From Camelus dromedarius (lineage: Eukaryota): a DNA stretch of 64,000 nucleotides. Position numbers and translations under genes: made by a program. Each line of letters begins with the position of its first letter. Within the stretch, counting starts at the first letter, position 1. Shown piece by piece: positions 24,681 to 37,863 of this stretch. The stretch spans positions 119,290,001 through 119,354,000 of the forward strand of contig NC_087437.1 in the NCBI RefSeq assembly GCF_036321535.1, read 5' to 3'. The notes beneath the pieces are model-generated. The model searched no databases. It worked only from the letters and a program-made list of their open reading frames with translations, and had not been told where the DNA came from.

Positions 24681-24711
24681 GAATGCAGAGAGAGGAATTA
24701 GGGCGGCAAGA

Positions 24712-24762
24712 GTGTGTATGTGTGTGAGTGCATGTGTGTGAGTGTGTGTTTGTGTGTGTGTG
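24712..24762. repeat. Imperfect (TG)n
   Basis: Read directly. Confidence 0.85.
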
Positions 24763-27194
24763 CTGGGCAGGGCTGGGAACAGAGGAAGCCACATGGTATC
24801 CAGACAGTACGTGAAGGTCAACGATTTTGTGGTTTTACATATGGGAAAGAGTCGAACTGTTGGGTGATAATTTTTAAATGAAACAATGCACTTTTTAAAG
24901 AGAAAGCACGTAGGCCTGTGGGCAACTCATGTGAGCTCTCACTGCTGTAACAGCCTGGCAGAACCGTCTGCGGCTTCCTCCTTACTCACAAGCCACGTCT
25001 CCCGCCTTCAACACCCCTCTGCTCCTTCACAGCAGGTGGGGTGGGCAGTCTCCCTTCGCCCGCAGCCAGGGAGATGGCTTTTAGCTTTGAAGAGAGAAGT
25101 CATTGTTCTTCCAGGGCTGGCCGAGGTATGGGTTGAGGGAGGCAGAGAACCCAGAACCGGCGGAAGAGGGTGGACGGGCAGGCTGACGGGCAGGCTGAGA
25201 TGCCGAATGCCAGGAATGACTGCTGGTCCTGGTCTGAGGACAGAGCGGAGTCTCCCGGGAAGACTGAGATGCGGGGCAGGCTCCTGGACCTCCTCCCCGC
25301 CTCCGCCCAGCCCTCACCCCGTCAGTTGCGGGGAGTTCGGGGCGACCACAAACTCTGAACGCACGGACGGCGGCATCTCCTGCTGCCCGATGTTGGAGGT
25401 GTCCCTGATGACACTCTCAGTGCTCCACCTACGTTTCCAGATGTGATGAACGCCCGCCCTGTGGACCAGGCTGGTGCGACGCACCGCGACAGGGGTTCTT
25501 TTTGTCTCTTTTTTCACCATTGAACGTCTTTTACCATGTTAACTGTGCAGGCTTAAAAAGAATCCTTTTTCATATAATAACTGTCTGAGCTCAGAGGAGC
25601 CAACAGCGTTACTCATTGTCACCGAAACCCAGATGGTATTTTTATTCTGTGCTCAAATTGGCTTCTGCGTCTCATTCCAGGCCCTGTAAGCGCCTTAAAA
25701 CGTCCGTTTATCGGGTCACGCTGTTCTTTAGTCAACCAGAAAGTGCAGGACACAGGTACCACTCAGTCTCTTTCAAACTAAGATAAAGGGAGATTCTTTT
25801 ACAAGCACGTATAAATGTATATTTTAAGAAGAGGAAGGAAAGGAGCTTGCTTCTCACACAGGCTTCCCTGGGTACCCACAGGGGACTGGTTCCAGGGCCC
25901 TCTTCCGACACCAGCCCCGTGGTGCCCAAGTCCCGGTGGCTGGCCCCAGAGCCTGGGCCTGCACCCGCGGACAGAGGGCTGGCCCCGCGTCCCTCACAGC
26001 TCGTGCTGAATAAGGAGCAGTTTGCAGATGGCTGAGGAAGACGGAAGCTGAGCTGTGCCTGGCAGCACCCAGGCTGGAGCGCGTGTCTTGGCTCCCCTGC
26101 GGGCAGGGCGGGGACGGGGGGTTGTTAGGAGAGTCAGCGCGTTTGGACTCCTGGACTAGAAGGGCGCCATCACACCCGGCAAGGCTGGTTTGCAAATCAG
26201 TTCCTCTTGGTTCCCAAGAAAAAGCCATAGGACTTTGAAGATGGACAGGAGCCTGGAGGTCTCCTAACTCCACCCACGTGCCTTTTAGATGCAGAGCACA
26301 GTGCGCCCAGCCCAGGGCAGCGCCAGAGCCAGAACTTAGACCTTGGCCCCAGGGTTCTTTCTCCGAGGGTGGGAAAGGCTGCAGAGGGTCTCTGCCTGTC
26401 GCCAGCCTTCCGGGAAAAGTCCTCTTCCATCCACAATGAAACGTGGATGACAGGTTAAAGCAGGAAGACTCGTGGGAAGGTGGACTCGATGGAGGAGGCC
26501 ACGGGCCGGGCTCCAGGAGTGGGCTCGCTTGGTCCTGCACTCGGCTCTTCCTTCCCCAGCTCTGGACGTCTTACAGACACTGGTGCTGGGACCCTGCGGC
26601 CCCAAGTTCACAGTGTGGCACATTCTCCCTCACCCTGCAATACAGCTTCCGCCCACTTCCTTCCCGGCATTTGCAGCGCATGGAACAGAAGCGTGAGTCT
26701 GTTGCCCACCTTTGATGTCAGGTCCCCAGAGCCCGACAGGTGAGCGATGTCCCTACTCCTGCAGACTTAGCGTCCACCTACAGGGCTGGCTTTTGCACTC
26801 ACGTTGTAGCCGACCCAGAGCTGGGCTGACCTGAGAGTCTTCAGTGGACTCAAGACACTCAGGATTAGTAGCGACCTTCTTTCAGGATAAATGGTCCAAA
26901 TGGGAGCTCCTGCACTTACAGGGGAAAATGATAGGTTCCCTAAAACTGGTCCACTTGTTTTTCCAGAAATGCCAAATGGCTGGTAGTGGGACAGAGTCAC
27001 CTCTCAAGTCACTGAAGATCCGTTTAGTACAACTTCCAGGAACCAGACATCTGAAGCAGATGCTAATGTACCTCTGCTCTGGGGAAACCCAGATGAGCAG
27101 GAGAAATGCTCTGCAGAAATACTGATGTGTAGCTTTATTAAATCATCAGCAGCATTGAAGTAGACCATAGTGACAGTAGTCATGCTTTGAAGGG

Positions 27195-27573
27195 TGTTAT
27201 GGGCTGAATCGTGTCCCCTGAAAAATCGTATTTTGCATGTCCTAACCCCCAGTACCTTAGAACGTAACCCTATTGGAGATGAGGTCTTTAAAGAGGTGAT
27301 TACACTGAAACGAGCTCATCAGGGTGGGCCCTAGTTCAGTCTGTCTGGTGTCCTTATAAGAAGAGGAGATTAGGACACAGGGGGATGACGTCGTGAGGAC
27401 ACGGGGAAAAGATGACCATCTACAAGCCAAGGAGAGGCCTCAGAGGATCAGCCCAGATCAAGTCAGCCCTTGATCTGGGATTTCCAACCTCCAGAATCAC
27501 AAAGAGAATAAACTTCTCTTGTTTGAGCCACATGATCTGCAGTGTTTTGCAATGGCAGCCGGAGCTGACTAAC
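27195..27573 (+). mobile_element. MaLR solo LTR (MLT1A/B-like)
   Basis: 'tgttatgggctgaatcgtgtcccc...cctaacccccagtaccttagaacgtaacc...atggcagccggagctgactaa'. Confidence 0.9.
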
Positions 27574-27959
27574 GGGGTGGGGGAGGACAGTCAGAAGAGC
27601 GTTTGGCTTCAATTAAGAGTCCTACGAATGCTGCAGGCTCCAAGCCCCGGGTTACCTGCACAGAGTAACTGCTGATAAACACCTGATCACCACTGATTGG
27701 TCAACAGATGGGGTCATGGATGCAGAAATTGCATCAATGCAAAAAAAAAAAAAAAAAAAAAAAGAAAGGAAAGATGAGTTAAACCTTGCCCCACATTTCC
27801 TCATCTGCTCGTGCTTTTGTCAACCTCCTCATATACCTGGGAACCTGTGCCATCACCAACTACAACTTTGATCCTCTTCACATGTTAACTATGGACACAC
27901 AGGAGGAGACCGGCGGTGACCATCAAATTTACATCTTTCCGACAGGGTAACGCGCGCCC

Positions 27960-28465
27960 GTCAGAGGTTTCTGGTACCCTCCCCAACATCTGCCCTTCTC
28001 TTCCTTCTGAATAACAGAACACCAATTTTATTTGAGCTAGCAGTGTGCCCAGCTAAAGGACTGCCTTTTCCAGCTTCTTGGTCCTCATGTGGTGTTCTGC
28101 CAAAGAGCTGTCCATGGAAATGTGGGAATTCTCATAAATCTCCTTCAAAGGGAGGAGGCACTTCTTGCAAATCCCCCTGCTTCTTTCTTTCCACTGCCTG
28201 GAATGTAGTTGCCATGGCTGGAGGTCCAGCAGCCATCTTGTGCCATGAGTTGACTCTGAGACTAGAAGCCACATGTGGCAGAACAGAAAAACAGAAGCAG
28301 CATGGGGGTCGGGTGACTTCATGAAGCCACTATATCTGCCCTGGAATATTTGCTTTTGGACTTCTTTTCTGTGTGAGAACTAAAGCCTTCTGCATTTAAG
28401 CCACTTAAGCCACTTTTGCATTTAAGTCAAATCTTTGCCATAGTCAGCTGAACTGAATCCTAATA
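27960..28465 (+). mobile_element. Old MaLR LTR (MLT1I/J-like)
   Basis: 'aataacagaacaccaattttattt...tgtgcccagctaaaggac...cagcagccatcttgtgccatgag...cagctgaactgaatcctaa'. Confidence 0.75.
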
Positions 28466-30289
28466 TTTTCCACGGATCAAGATCAAATGAAGACTCCTTG
28501 CAACAAAGAGGTTTAAAAAGTGCACGAGCATACGTTTGATGACTAGAAATTCTGCCTCTTTTCTGCTGCCTGGGGTGGGGGGTGCTGAGGACCGTTGCGT
28601 TAAATGGGGCTGGTGAACTCAGGAAAATGGGGTGTCCTTCAGGTCCCCACATTTACCACTTTGCTTTCTCTCCATCCACGATGGAGATGGAAGCCCCGGG
28701 GAAATGCCTGCATCAGCCACCCTGAAGCTGCATTTGCCCCACAGAGGAAGCCCTTTGAAGCCCAGGCCGCCACACACAAGGCCGTGAGGACGGAGAGCTG
28801 CTGCTGGCAAAGTCATGAGTAGCTTTTTCCTTTCTTTTGTTTTCTTTTCTTGGCTTTCACTCGATCTTAATCCCTGTTAGCATTTCCATGTGTTTCCTCT
28901 GTAAAATGAGTGACTTTGGAAGTCGGTTGGAGCTTTGCAGATTGGAAAAATAAGTGGGGTGAAGGAAGGGTGAGAACTGGGTCAGACCAGCCCAGGGAGT
29001 GGCGCCCGGCTCCAGGGCCCTCAGCGCCCACTGCCTGTCCCCAGGCCGGTGCAAGCCGGGCTGGGGGTGGGGGTGTAGGAGGGACCCCAGAGGGTGCCGG
29101 AGGGTCAGCACAGAGGACCAAGTTCCCTTTGGCCAAGGTGCAGGGTCTCACCACAGGCAAAAATGAGACTCTGGCGCAGCTAGGAGGAGAGTACTACTGG
29201 ACCACAAATTCGGGCAGGGCCAGAGCAACAAGCCCAGTGGGCACTCAGTAACTTCCGCCGGGGGACGAAAGGTACCTGTGGTTGAACTGGAGGACCTGCT
29301 TCAGAATAGCTCCCCAAGCAGGTGTGGCTGGGCTTTGCGCTCTCAGAGGCGCTCTGAGGGGCTGGTTAGGACTCTCACAGAGGCGCTGGGGGCCTGGGGC
29401 CAAGTTAGCCAGAGGGAGCTCTAGCCATGATCCAGGGAGGAGGGTTTAAAAGTCCTGTGCCTTGGAGGTAGTCCCTGGCCTCGGGCTTTCTTTTGGGAAG
29501 GGTCCCTGTGCAGCTGAGGCTCAACCCTGGGGGGGGCTGCCCCCCTGGGGCTGTTCCATCCAGCCCATGATGAGTAGATCCCACAGCATGCCAAGCGCTG
29601 ATCCAGGCGAGAAGCTCTCTGGCTGTCGGGTGATTGCAGGACTGGCCTAACCTGATAGGCAGGTGCTGTGCCCTCACGGGAGTGGCTCACCTTGAACCTG
29701 CCCCTCAGGAGGGTTGCTAGGGTGGAACTGCCCTCACCCAGCCTCACCCAGTTTTGTCCTTGCTCCTGGGTGCTGACCCACCCTGCTGGGCCTTTGGTTC
29801 AAAGCTCATTTTAAAACATAGAGTCCCACGAATGACCAGATGTCATTGTTTGCAGACTTTAAAAATTCGTTAAATTTGTGCACAGCTGGTGGCTGGCCCG
29901 CCTGGCAGACTCTCAAATGTGGATGAAGCCCAGAAACTCCCCTGCCCCACGGAAGGGGGCCCCTGGCAGCAGTGTTCAGCCTCACTTTGGCAGTGATTAG
30001 ATTCACCCAGGGGCTTTCCAAAAGCCTGACGCCCAAGCCACATCCCAGAGCAGTCTTCAAGGTGGGCTGAAGTGGCCCCGTGCACAGCTGGGGGAAGGCG
30101 GGCACTGGGGCAGCTGCCCTGCCATCAGCTCGCAGAGCGCTCCCCTTGGGGGCCGGGGTCTGCAGCCGGGAGACCTGGGCGGCGGGGGGCGGGGTCATGT
30201 GTGCAAGCTCAGGTGAGTCCTTGTCCTCACCTCTACCCGGGGTGGCAGGAGCTTCCTGTGAAGACCAGGTGTGAGGACGGCTGGGCGCA

Positions 30290-30660
30290 CCTGCCGAGAA
30301 AGGCACGGCCACTGCTTCTGTTGTCACCCGACCTCGCTTCCAGGTGAAAAGCGGACACCGTCGGAGAGCGCGTCTCCCCTCCGCCCACAGACTCGAGGTT
30401 CCCGAGGCCCTGCGGGCTCCCGCCGCACTGCACGATCGTCTAGGAGCCGCCCGCGGCCTCCCGCCGGGTCCTTGCTCACTGCCCGCTCGGCTCCCGCCTG
30501 CGGCCTGCCCGCCGGCCGGCCGGGGCCTCCGCAGCACGCGCCGGCCGCGCTCTCCTTCCCGGCGTTTCCTCCCCCGCCGACACTTCACCTCTCCTGAACT
30601 TTCCGGCCTTCCTCCAGTCCGTGCTTCCCCCAGTCTGTCCAGGTGACGTCGCCGGCTCCT
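30290..30660. promoter_or_regulatory. Small orphan CpG-rich island
   Basis: Dense CpGs; TGACGTC at 30644-30650; plus-strand donor CAG|GTGAGT at ~30212; no coding evidence. Confidence 0.55.
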
Positions 30661-31584
30661 CTCAATTGTCCCTGTTTCTTCGCCACTTCCTTCCACGGTG
30701 CTCTCTCGTCGCCTTTCTCCCCCCAGGTCTAAGCCTCTGGCTAATTTGACTTTGGTCTCCCCATGTGTTTTCGTCTGTGGGGCCCAAATACCCACCACGT
30801 GGTTGTGCCCTGTTTGGGTCAGTTCAGCACACGGTCCTCAGGACCCATTGCCCACGGTCCCTTCCATTCTCTGTGACCTGAGGGGGCCTTTGGGGCCCAG
30901 ACACCCAAGTCAGCACCGCACGTGTGTGTGCACGTGTGTGTTGGGGTCTGATGCGCACGCGGCGATCTGCTTTTCCACTTTCCCCTGCCAGTGTTTCATT
31001 CCCAGGGGGCCACAGTTTTCAGTAAGAGTCCCGTCGATTTCCCAGCAAGGACAGAAGTGACGCGTGAACTTTGGTGGGATTTGGTCCAAGTGAAGAAAGC
31101 ACAGGTGAGAAGCTTACATTACTCTGCAGGGAAAGGCTTTGCTCCGAGAACTTTATAACGACAGTGTTTGGGTGCGGGCAGCAACCCGCCTCACGATGTT
31201 TCGGTCGGGGTTAAGGAAACTGATTCTTGAGTTTACAGTCGCTAGCACCCGAGAATGGCCGAGTCCCAGGGCGTGATGTGACAGGAGCCTAAGAACCGTG
31301 GTTTAGGTGAATGGGCGTGGTCCTGTGGAGACCCGCACCACAGCCATCCTCCCCGAGCCTCCTGCAGGCCCCTGGGCTGCGGCTGGCGGCGAGTGGGCTG
31401 GATGGACTCGCTCCAGGGTCCTCAGGGTTCACAGTGAGGCCCCCCAGGAAGAGTGGAGCTGCTGAAAATCCTTACACAGGGTTTGATCTGAGGACAGAGA
31501 AGGGGGCACCACTGGTGCCAGCCTAGACCAAGTTCTGGGTGGGGCAAAGGTCCCTTCCCCTCTGCAAACACACACAAGTCTTTT

Positions 31585-32190
31585 ATGAGAAACAACTCGA
31601 GAAATGGGGCCGTAGCACTCTTCACAACAGGTGGAAACAACCCACATCAACAGACGACAGGGAAAACAAGATGTGCTCTGTCCACGTGGTGGAATATTAC
31701 TCAGCCATAAACGGGAACGGAGAACCGATACCTGCAACGACATGGATGAAACTTGAAAACATTCTATTTTTAAACTGATTTTTTTCTTTAATGGAGGTAC
31801 CAGGAATTGAACCCGGGACCTCGTGCGTGCTAAGTATGTGCTCTACCACTGAGCTACACCCACCCACCCCCAAAACCATTCTATTAAGTGAAAGAAGCCA
31901 GACACACGAAGCCACATTTTGTATTGTCCTGTTCATATGAAATGTCCAGAACAGGCAGATCTACAGAGACAGAGAGCGGATTAGTGGTTGCCCAGGGCAG
32001 GGGGTTGGGGGAGCTGGGAGGATGGGGAGGTGACAGCTGAAGGGCTCCTTTCTGGGGTGATGGTCATGTTCTGCAAGCGACTGTGGTGATGATTGCACAG
32101 TTCTGTGAATATACTAAAAATGATTGAATTTTACACTCTGGGTGAATTGTATGGCGTATGAATTGCATCCCAGTAAAGCTGTTACAACAA
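31585..32190 (+). mobile_element. L1MB-like 3' end, interrupted by a SINE
   Basis: 'ggaatattactcagccataaa...gtgaaagaagccagacac...aaatgtccagaacaggcagatctacagagacagagagcggattagtggttgcc'. Confidence 0.85.
31769..31871 (-). mobile_element. tRNA-derived SINE (camelid Vic-1-like) inside L1MB
   Basis: Minus strand 'gggtgtagctcagtggtagagcacatacttagcacgcacgaggtcccgggttcaattcctggtacctcc'; TSD aaaacattctatt (31756-31768) / aaaaccattctatt (31872-31885). Confidence 0.92.
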
Positions 32191-33090
32191 ACAGAAAAAA
32201 GAAACCAACAGAAGTGGGCCGGCAGGTGTGGACAGGCCAGCTGTCACCAAGGCTGGCTTTGGAGCCCTCTCGCTCCTTGGACTTGCTGCCAGGGCCCTCC
32301 CTCCCCGCCTCGGTCTATTTTAGAGCACGGCCTTCCCGGGTCAATTCTTGGGCTGTCGTTCGGTCTCGAGGGAGTCAGACAGGATGCCTGACTGCGGTGG
32401 CCCTTCCTAGTGGAAGTGGTGGGAAAAGAGGTCCGAATCCCTGGGAGCAGGTCAAAGGTCTGCGAGCAGAGTTACTGCCAGGTACCTGGGGATTGCACAA
32501 CCGAATAAATGAGTGACAGGAGTGTAAACAGATGCAACGTTTCAGCATCCAGGTTGGTTAGGAACACAAATCAACACGCCAACAAGTTTCATCTCGAACT
32601 GACATCAAGCTTTGTCGGTCACCGCGATTCTTGGCATGAGTCTCATTCTTTCCATTTGGAGTCACACGTTCGAGATCCTGGAGGACGGAAACAGGTGAGA
32701 GAGGGCTACATGCCAGAAGGGTCCTCAAGGCTTCCTCAGATGGGATGTTACCCTTTTCACAGCGGCATTGGAGAGACGATGGCCGAGGAGGTGGAGATGG
32801 CCTTCCGGAATCTGTCCCCAGAATCCTGCTCTATCCAACTTGGAAAGCCCAGGCAGCTTGCTGGCCAGCCTACAGAGCTGTTTCTCCGTGCTGCACGGCT
32901 CCTTTCCCCTGGTCTGGGCTCCCTGCTCCTGGAGGCTCTGCGCTGGCTGTGATGGCTCGCCTCCCCTGGGGTTCGCCTGCCGCACCACTTCTCAGCCCCC
33001 AATATCGGAGCCGGATGCAAGCTTCCCACTGTTTTCTCTATTCTGCTTTCTTGAGGACAAGGACACAAACCATTTTTCATTCCTAAGGGC

Positions 33091-33583
33091 TGCAGGAGAC
33101 AGAATAATGGCCCCTCAAAGAGACTCACGTCCTAACCCTCAGAACCTGTGAAAGTTTCCTTATGGGCAAAAGGGACTTTGCAGATGCAGTTAAGCTAAGG
33201 ATCTTCAGAGGGGAAGATTGCTCTGGATTATCCAGGCAGGCCCTAAGTGTGATCACAGGGGTCTTAACAAGGGAAAGAGGGAGGCAAGGGGGTCAGAGAA
33301 GATGGGATGGAGCAGAGATCAGAGAGGAGAGAGGAGAGAGGATGCTGTGTTGCTGGCCTTGGACGTGGAGGAGGGGCCATCAGCCGAGGATGCAGGTGGA
33401 CTCTTGAAGCTGGCAAAGGCCAGGAAATGAGTTCTCTCCTTGAGAGGAATCTCCTGAATGGAATGCAGCCCCACCAATAGCTTGATTTTAAACTTCTGAC
33501 CTCCAGAATGTGAAGGTCATGCACGTGTGCTGTTTTAAGCACCGTTGGTGGTCACTGTGACTGTAGCCACAGGAAACTGATGC
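33091..33583 (+). mobile_element. MaLR solo LTR (MLT1D-like)
   Basis: 'cagaataatggcccctcaaagag...tatgggcaaaagggactttgcagatg...gaagctggcaaaggccaggaaa'. Confidence 0.88.
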
Positions 33584-34585
33584 TTGAGTTTTACTACTGG
33601 CCAAGGCTGGGACGCAGGCGAGACCGAACAAAACAGGGAGCTGTTAGAAATCCTAAAAGTTACCAGTGCTGGTGGACGCTGGCCTTCCCCGGGGTGACCA
33701 GGCCCACGTCTGTGTCCCCACGGCTTCTTCTCTGACTCCCTTGCTGAAGCTTATCCCAGGAGTTTCCCAATGCTTGCAGAGGGGCCAGTCTTGCCCAACC
33801 CTGGCCACGCTGGAGCTTGGGTCAGATGACCTGAACTTGACCACAGGGCAGCTTGGATCAGGTGGCCTCACAGCCCTTCTGACGGGGCTCTCAGACTCGT
33901 CCTCACCTGTCCTGAGCCTCTGGGAGGGCCCCTCCCCCTCCCTCTGCTGACCTCAGTTTGCTGGGACAACGCTCATTGGCTGGACAAAGAAGCCATGTGC
34001 TCAGCTAGGGCTCAGCTTCGTCATCTCTCTCCTAAGCTGATGTCCTGACAAAGTCTCTCTCCCTGGCCCACAGGTTACGGAGCAGAAGCCAAACTTCCTG
34101 GATCCAGCTGCCTTCAAGCTTCCTCCAGGCCCCCTACCTCTTGCTTCAGCCAACAATCTAAGTTCTTGCTTCCACTTGACGGTGGCTTTGCGTTCTCAGC
34201 TCATTTGAACACCCCAAGTCTAATGCAGGCCCCCCACCCCTTCCCCGGCTCTGAGGGCTGGCAGCATCTACCTCCTTAAATCCGGCTTGACTCCCTCTTG
34301 CATCATTCACCAGATACGGTGTTGACTGCCCGCTTGGTGCTAGGGGCTGGGGGTGGGGTCGGCGGTTATTCTGGCCGTCAGGGAGTTTAGAGGTGTGTGG
34401 AGAAGACAGACGATAACCGAATATGAAATTGTACAAATCTTTAATTCCATTGTGATAAGGGGTGTGATGAAAAAGGCCGGGTTGTGACAACTGGACCTCA
34501 CCTGGCTTCAGAGCCAGACAAAGCATCTGTAAGTGACATTTAGGCTCAGAGTGGAAAGTTGGGTGGCAGGGAAGGGCGAAGGGGA

Positions 34586-34619
34586 GTGTGTGTGTGTGTG
34601 TGTGCGCGCGCGCATGTGC
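34586..34619. repeat. (GT)9(GC)5ATGTGC alternating purine-pyrimidine tract
   Basis: Read directly. Confidence 0.9.
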
Positions 34620-36949
34620 CTTCTCACGCTGGTGGAAGGTAGTGGATTCCAAATCGGTCTGAAAGGAGCTGGTTCCTTCACTCATCTGGTTATTCACTGG
34701 GGACCTCCTACAGAGCACCTGGCTGCTGGGCTGGCGGACAGAGCAGTCTGTGCCTGGAGCAGCCACATGCGGTGTGGACCACGCTGGAAGTGGCTGCTGA
34801 CGTTGAGTGGAGGGAAGGTAGTAGTTTGGGCCAGAGTGACGGCAGGGGGAGGAGAGGCTGGATGAGAAGAGGATTCAGGAGGCTGAATTCCTCTGAACTG
34901 GAGGCTGATGAAAAGTGTGTGATGAGGACCCAGGGAAGGTCACGGTGACCCTGTCCCCGGCATGAACAATGGGTGGGTTGTGGGGTCCTTTAAGGAGGGG
35001 AGCGGTGGGGAGAAGGGGCGGGCCGTGGGGCCGGGGAACATACTCCACTGTGGACGCACGCACACCTGTCGTGGGCACGGCCAGCAGAGCTGGGATGCGG
35101 GTGGGGAAGAGGGGATGCGATAGAGAGCTGGGTCTTTCCGTGAAGCACCCAGATTCTCTAAACCCACACGTACATGAAGGCTCTGCAGTCTGCAGAGGAC
35201 AGAGCCAAGTGTCGTTCCTCCAGTGGGGTCTGTTAGCACCCCAGCCATGCTGCAGGGTCCCCTCCCCTAGAAACCCCTGGCTGCTCTGTGGGAACGGCGT
35301 CTGCTGGGTCAAGGATGTTCTCTGGCCTCAGGTGTGAGTCTGTCCAGCTCACTGGATGGGCTGGAGGACGGGGAGGCAAGGTCCAGGAGTGACCCCCAAG
35401 CAACCAGAATGGAACTTGGAGAAATGTTCTTTCTTTCTTCCTTGAGCAATCCTATTCCGTCTGGTGCCTCCACGCAGCCCCAGAGGGACCAGCTCTCTGG
35501 TTAAACTGCCCAACCTCCCCCCTCTCCTGTGCTTCCCGGGACCACCATCCAAACCAGCTGCTTGTATGCAGAGCCTCATCTTAGGGTTTGTTATGAGAGA
35601 AGCGAAACTCAGGCATCAGTGAAAGTTCTGCTTTCGTCCTATGGTCACTCACTCCTTGTGGTCAATTATGGGCGTTTACTTGGACAATTATAAGGGTGCG
35701 TTATGTCCATCCGACTGAAACACTAATAAGGGCACATGCTGTTTGAGGATGAGGAGCTATTCTCGGAGGAATGCTCTGTGATGCCCTTCGTGAGTCCCAT
35801 TTATCCACTGTGATCTCTGGATCGCAACAAAGCAGCGGGAGCCAGGCTTCTCTGACATTTTGAAACTTGTTTCTAAATGAATTTGTCCTACAAAATAGTC
35901 GCATGGCTGCCAACTGCGTCCTAGTCTGATTAAGCTTGAGGGGGAGGAGCGGTTCAGCCCAGCGGGGATGTGTCTGGGGCCAGGTGACCTTCCTAATGAG
36001 TTTTGAATCCCACCGTGGAGGGCCCGTCTGGTCAGGTCGGCTGCGCCGGCCACCAGAGGCAGCTCCGATCTTCCTGCCAAGATCACAGCTCTTCCCTCAA
36101 TTACCTCCCGCTGGTGTCTCCTACAGGGTGGGGTCTGAAACAGATCAAAACACGTCAGGAGCTTCAGATGCCCACAAGCATCCTGTACCCTTGAGCCTAT
36201 GGCTGGGAATTCAGACGTGATGAGCCTTAAGGTTTTTTAAACCGACAGCAGTGGTGAGTCAAGAAGGTGGATGCTTTGCTGGGACCCAGACCAGAGCCAA
36301 GGTCAGGAGGGGTCTCTGGTCCTGGTCAGCCTTCCTCCTCACGCTCCAGGTCGTGAGGTCGCTGCAACCCAAAGTAGAACGAAGCTGAGTCACACTTCTG
36401 CTGCGGTCGTTCATGGGGGCAGGCTGGCCTGGCCGGCCCTGGTGGGTGGCACGCCGGTCCCAGCTGGCCCCTCACGGTCATCTATGTTGCCTGAGGCAGG
36501 AGCTCCCCTCATGAGGAGTCCCAGGTGGGCAGCGTTGGGTGGCAGCGGAGCCAGGGGACCACAGGATCTAAAAACCGACGTCGTATTTCAGAGCATCTGT
36601 TTACCCTTTTGTTAGGAATGGTCGTACCCTGGCTCCCTCCAGGACAGATTCCCTCCCATCAGGCGCTCCCGACTTGCGTAGTCTAAGGGGTCAGAAGACC
36701 AGGGTCATCACTGCCACGTGCTAGAAACCGTGGGCTGCGGGGTCTCTTTGGGGGCACGAGCGAGCGCAGGACGCCCGCCAGGCTCCGGGCGAGGAGCACG
36801 GGTGAGGGTTCTGGCCTCCGGCCGTGGGCTGTTGCGTGGTGTCTACTTTAATACCATCATCAGTGTTGCCAGCAGCGCCAACAGTGACAATGGTAAAGAA
36901 AAGCACTTTGCATTTACAACACCTTCTTCCACCTGTGCTTTCCTTTGAC

Positions 36950-37095
36950 CCTGACGAGGCCTTGGGGGCCAGGCGTTGGCCTCATCCTCATCCTACCCAC
37001 GAGGAAGCTGAGCCTCGGGGAGGTCAGGTGCGGCCAACAGGTGATAAATGATGGAACTGGGCCTGCGAGCCTCAAGGCCTGACTCTGGCTCCGTT
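36950..37095 (-). mobile_element. MIR fragment
   Basis: 'cacgaggaagctgagcctcggggaggtcaggtg'. Confidence 0.55.
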
Positions 37096-37528
37096 CTGAC
37101 AACGGCTCTCCTTGGGGAGGCCGTGCACACACGGGGAGGCAGGTGTGCGGGCCGGCCCCGCAGCTGCATCCACGAGCTCTTGTCCTGTCCCTAAGAACCA
37201 AGGGCACCACTTGTCAGAAGACTGACAGCCTTGGGACCCCACTGTCATTTCATTAAAGATTTAAAAATATAAGCCTCGTAGAACTCATTCCTTTTGGCAG
37301 GCACTGTAGCTCCCCTTTCACAACCCGTCCCAGCCCCCTCCCCACCCAGCCTGCCTCAGCTTGGAGGGTCTTCCTGCATCTAGTTCCAGCCTCGGCTCAC
37401 CCTAGACACCCCTGGGCTGTGGCTTTGACCCCTGGAATACACTTCAAGGTCCAGCAGTCCCCTGCATTGGAGATGTTCAAGAAGAAACTGGACCCTAAAA
37501 TTCCATCATCACACGGATTCTACACACC

Positions 37529-37863
37529 TGCTGTCTGAATGTTTGTGTCTCCCCCAAAATTCGTATGTTGACATCTGAATGCTTGATGTGATGGTGTTAG
37601 GAAATGGGGCCTCCACTAGGTGATGAGGTCCTGAAGGGGGAGCCCCAATGAATGGGGTTAGTGCCCTCATGGAAAAGGACCCTGGAGAGCTCCTCGTCCC
37701 TCCCACCACGTGAGGGACACTGTCCATGAACCAGAAGTGGGCCCTCACCAGACACCGAATCTGCCGGTGCCTTGATCTCAGACTTCTAGCCTCTGAATGT
37801 CTGTTGTTAATTATCTGCCTGGTCTCTGGCATTTCGTTTTAGTAGCCTGAGCTGACTGAGATG
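37529..37863 (+). mobile_element. MaLR solo LTR (MLT1A-like)
   Basis: 'tgctgtctgaatgtttgtgtctcccccaaaattcgtatgttgac...ccctcaccagacaccgaatctgccggtgccttgatc'. Confidence 0.9.

Larger units (their letters stand above)
23690..24710 (-). mobile_element. L2 fragment split by an L1 and a SINE
   Basis: L2 text 'ggagtgatctacagggtccaacgttgcatgaagagtcaag' resumes after the L1 as 'gactgagaattgagctctgcattgagcaacagggtcatcactgatgaccttgaga'. Confidence 0.6.

Noticed and set aside
29806..30798. 330-aa minus-strand ORF
   Set aside because: It spans a CpG patch, has a non-ATG start and low-complexity composition, with no domain or exon structure.
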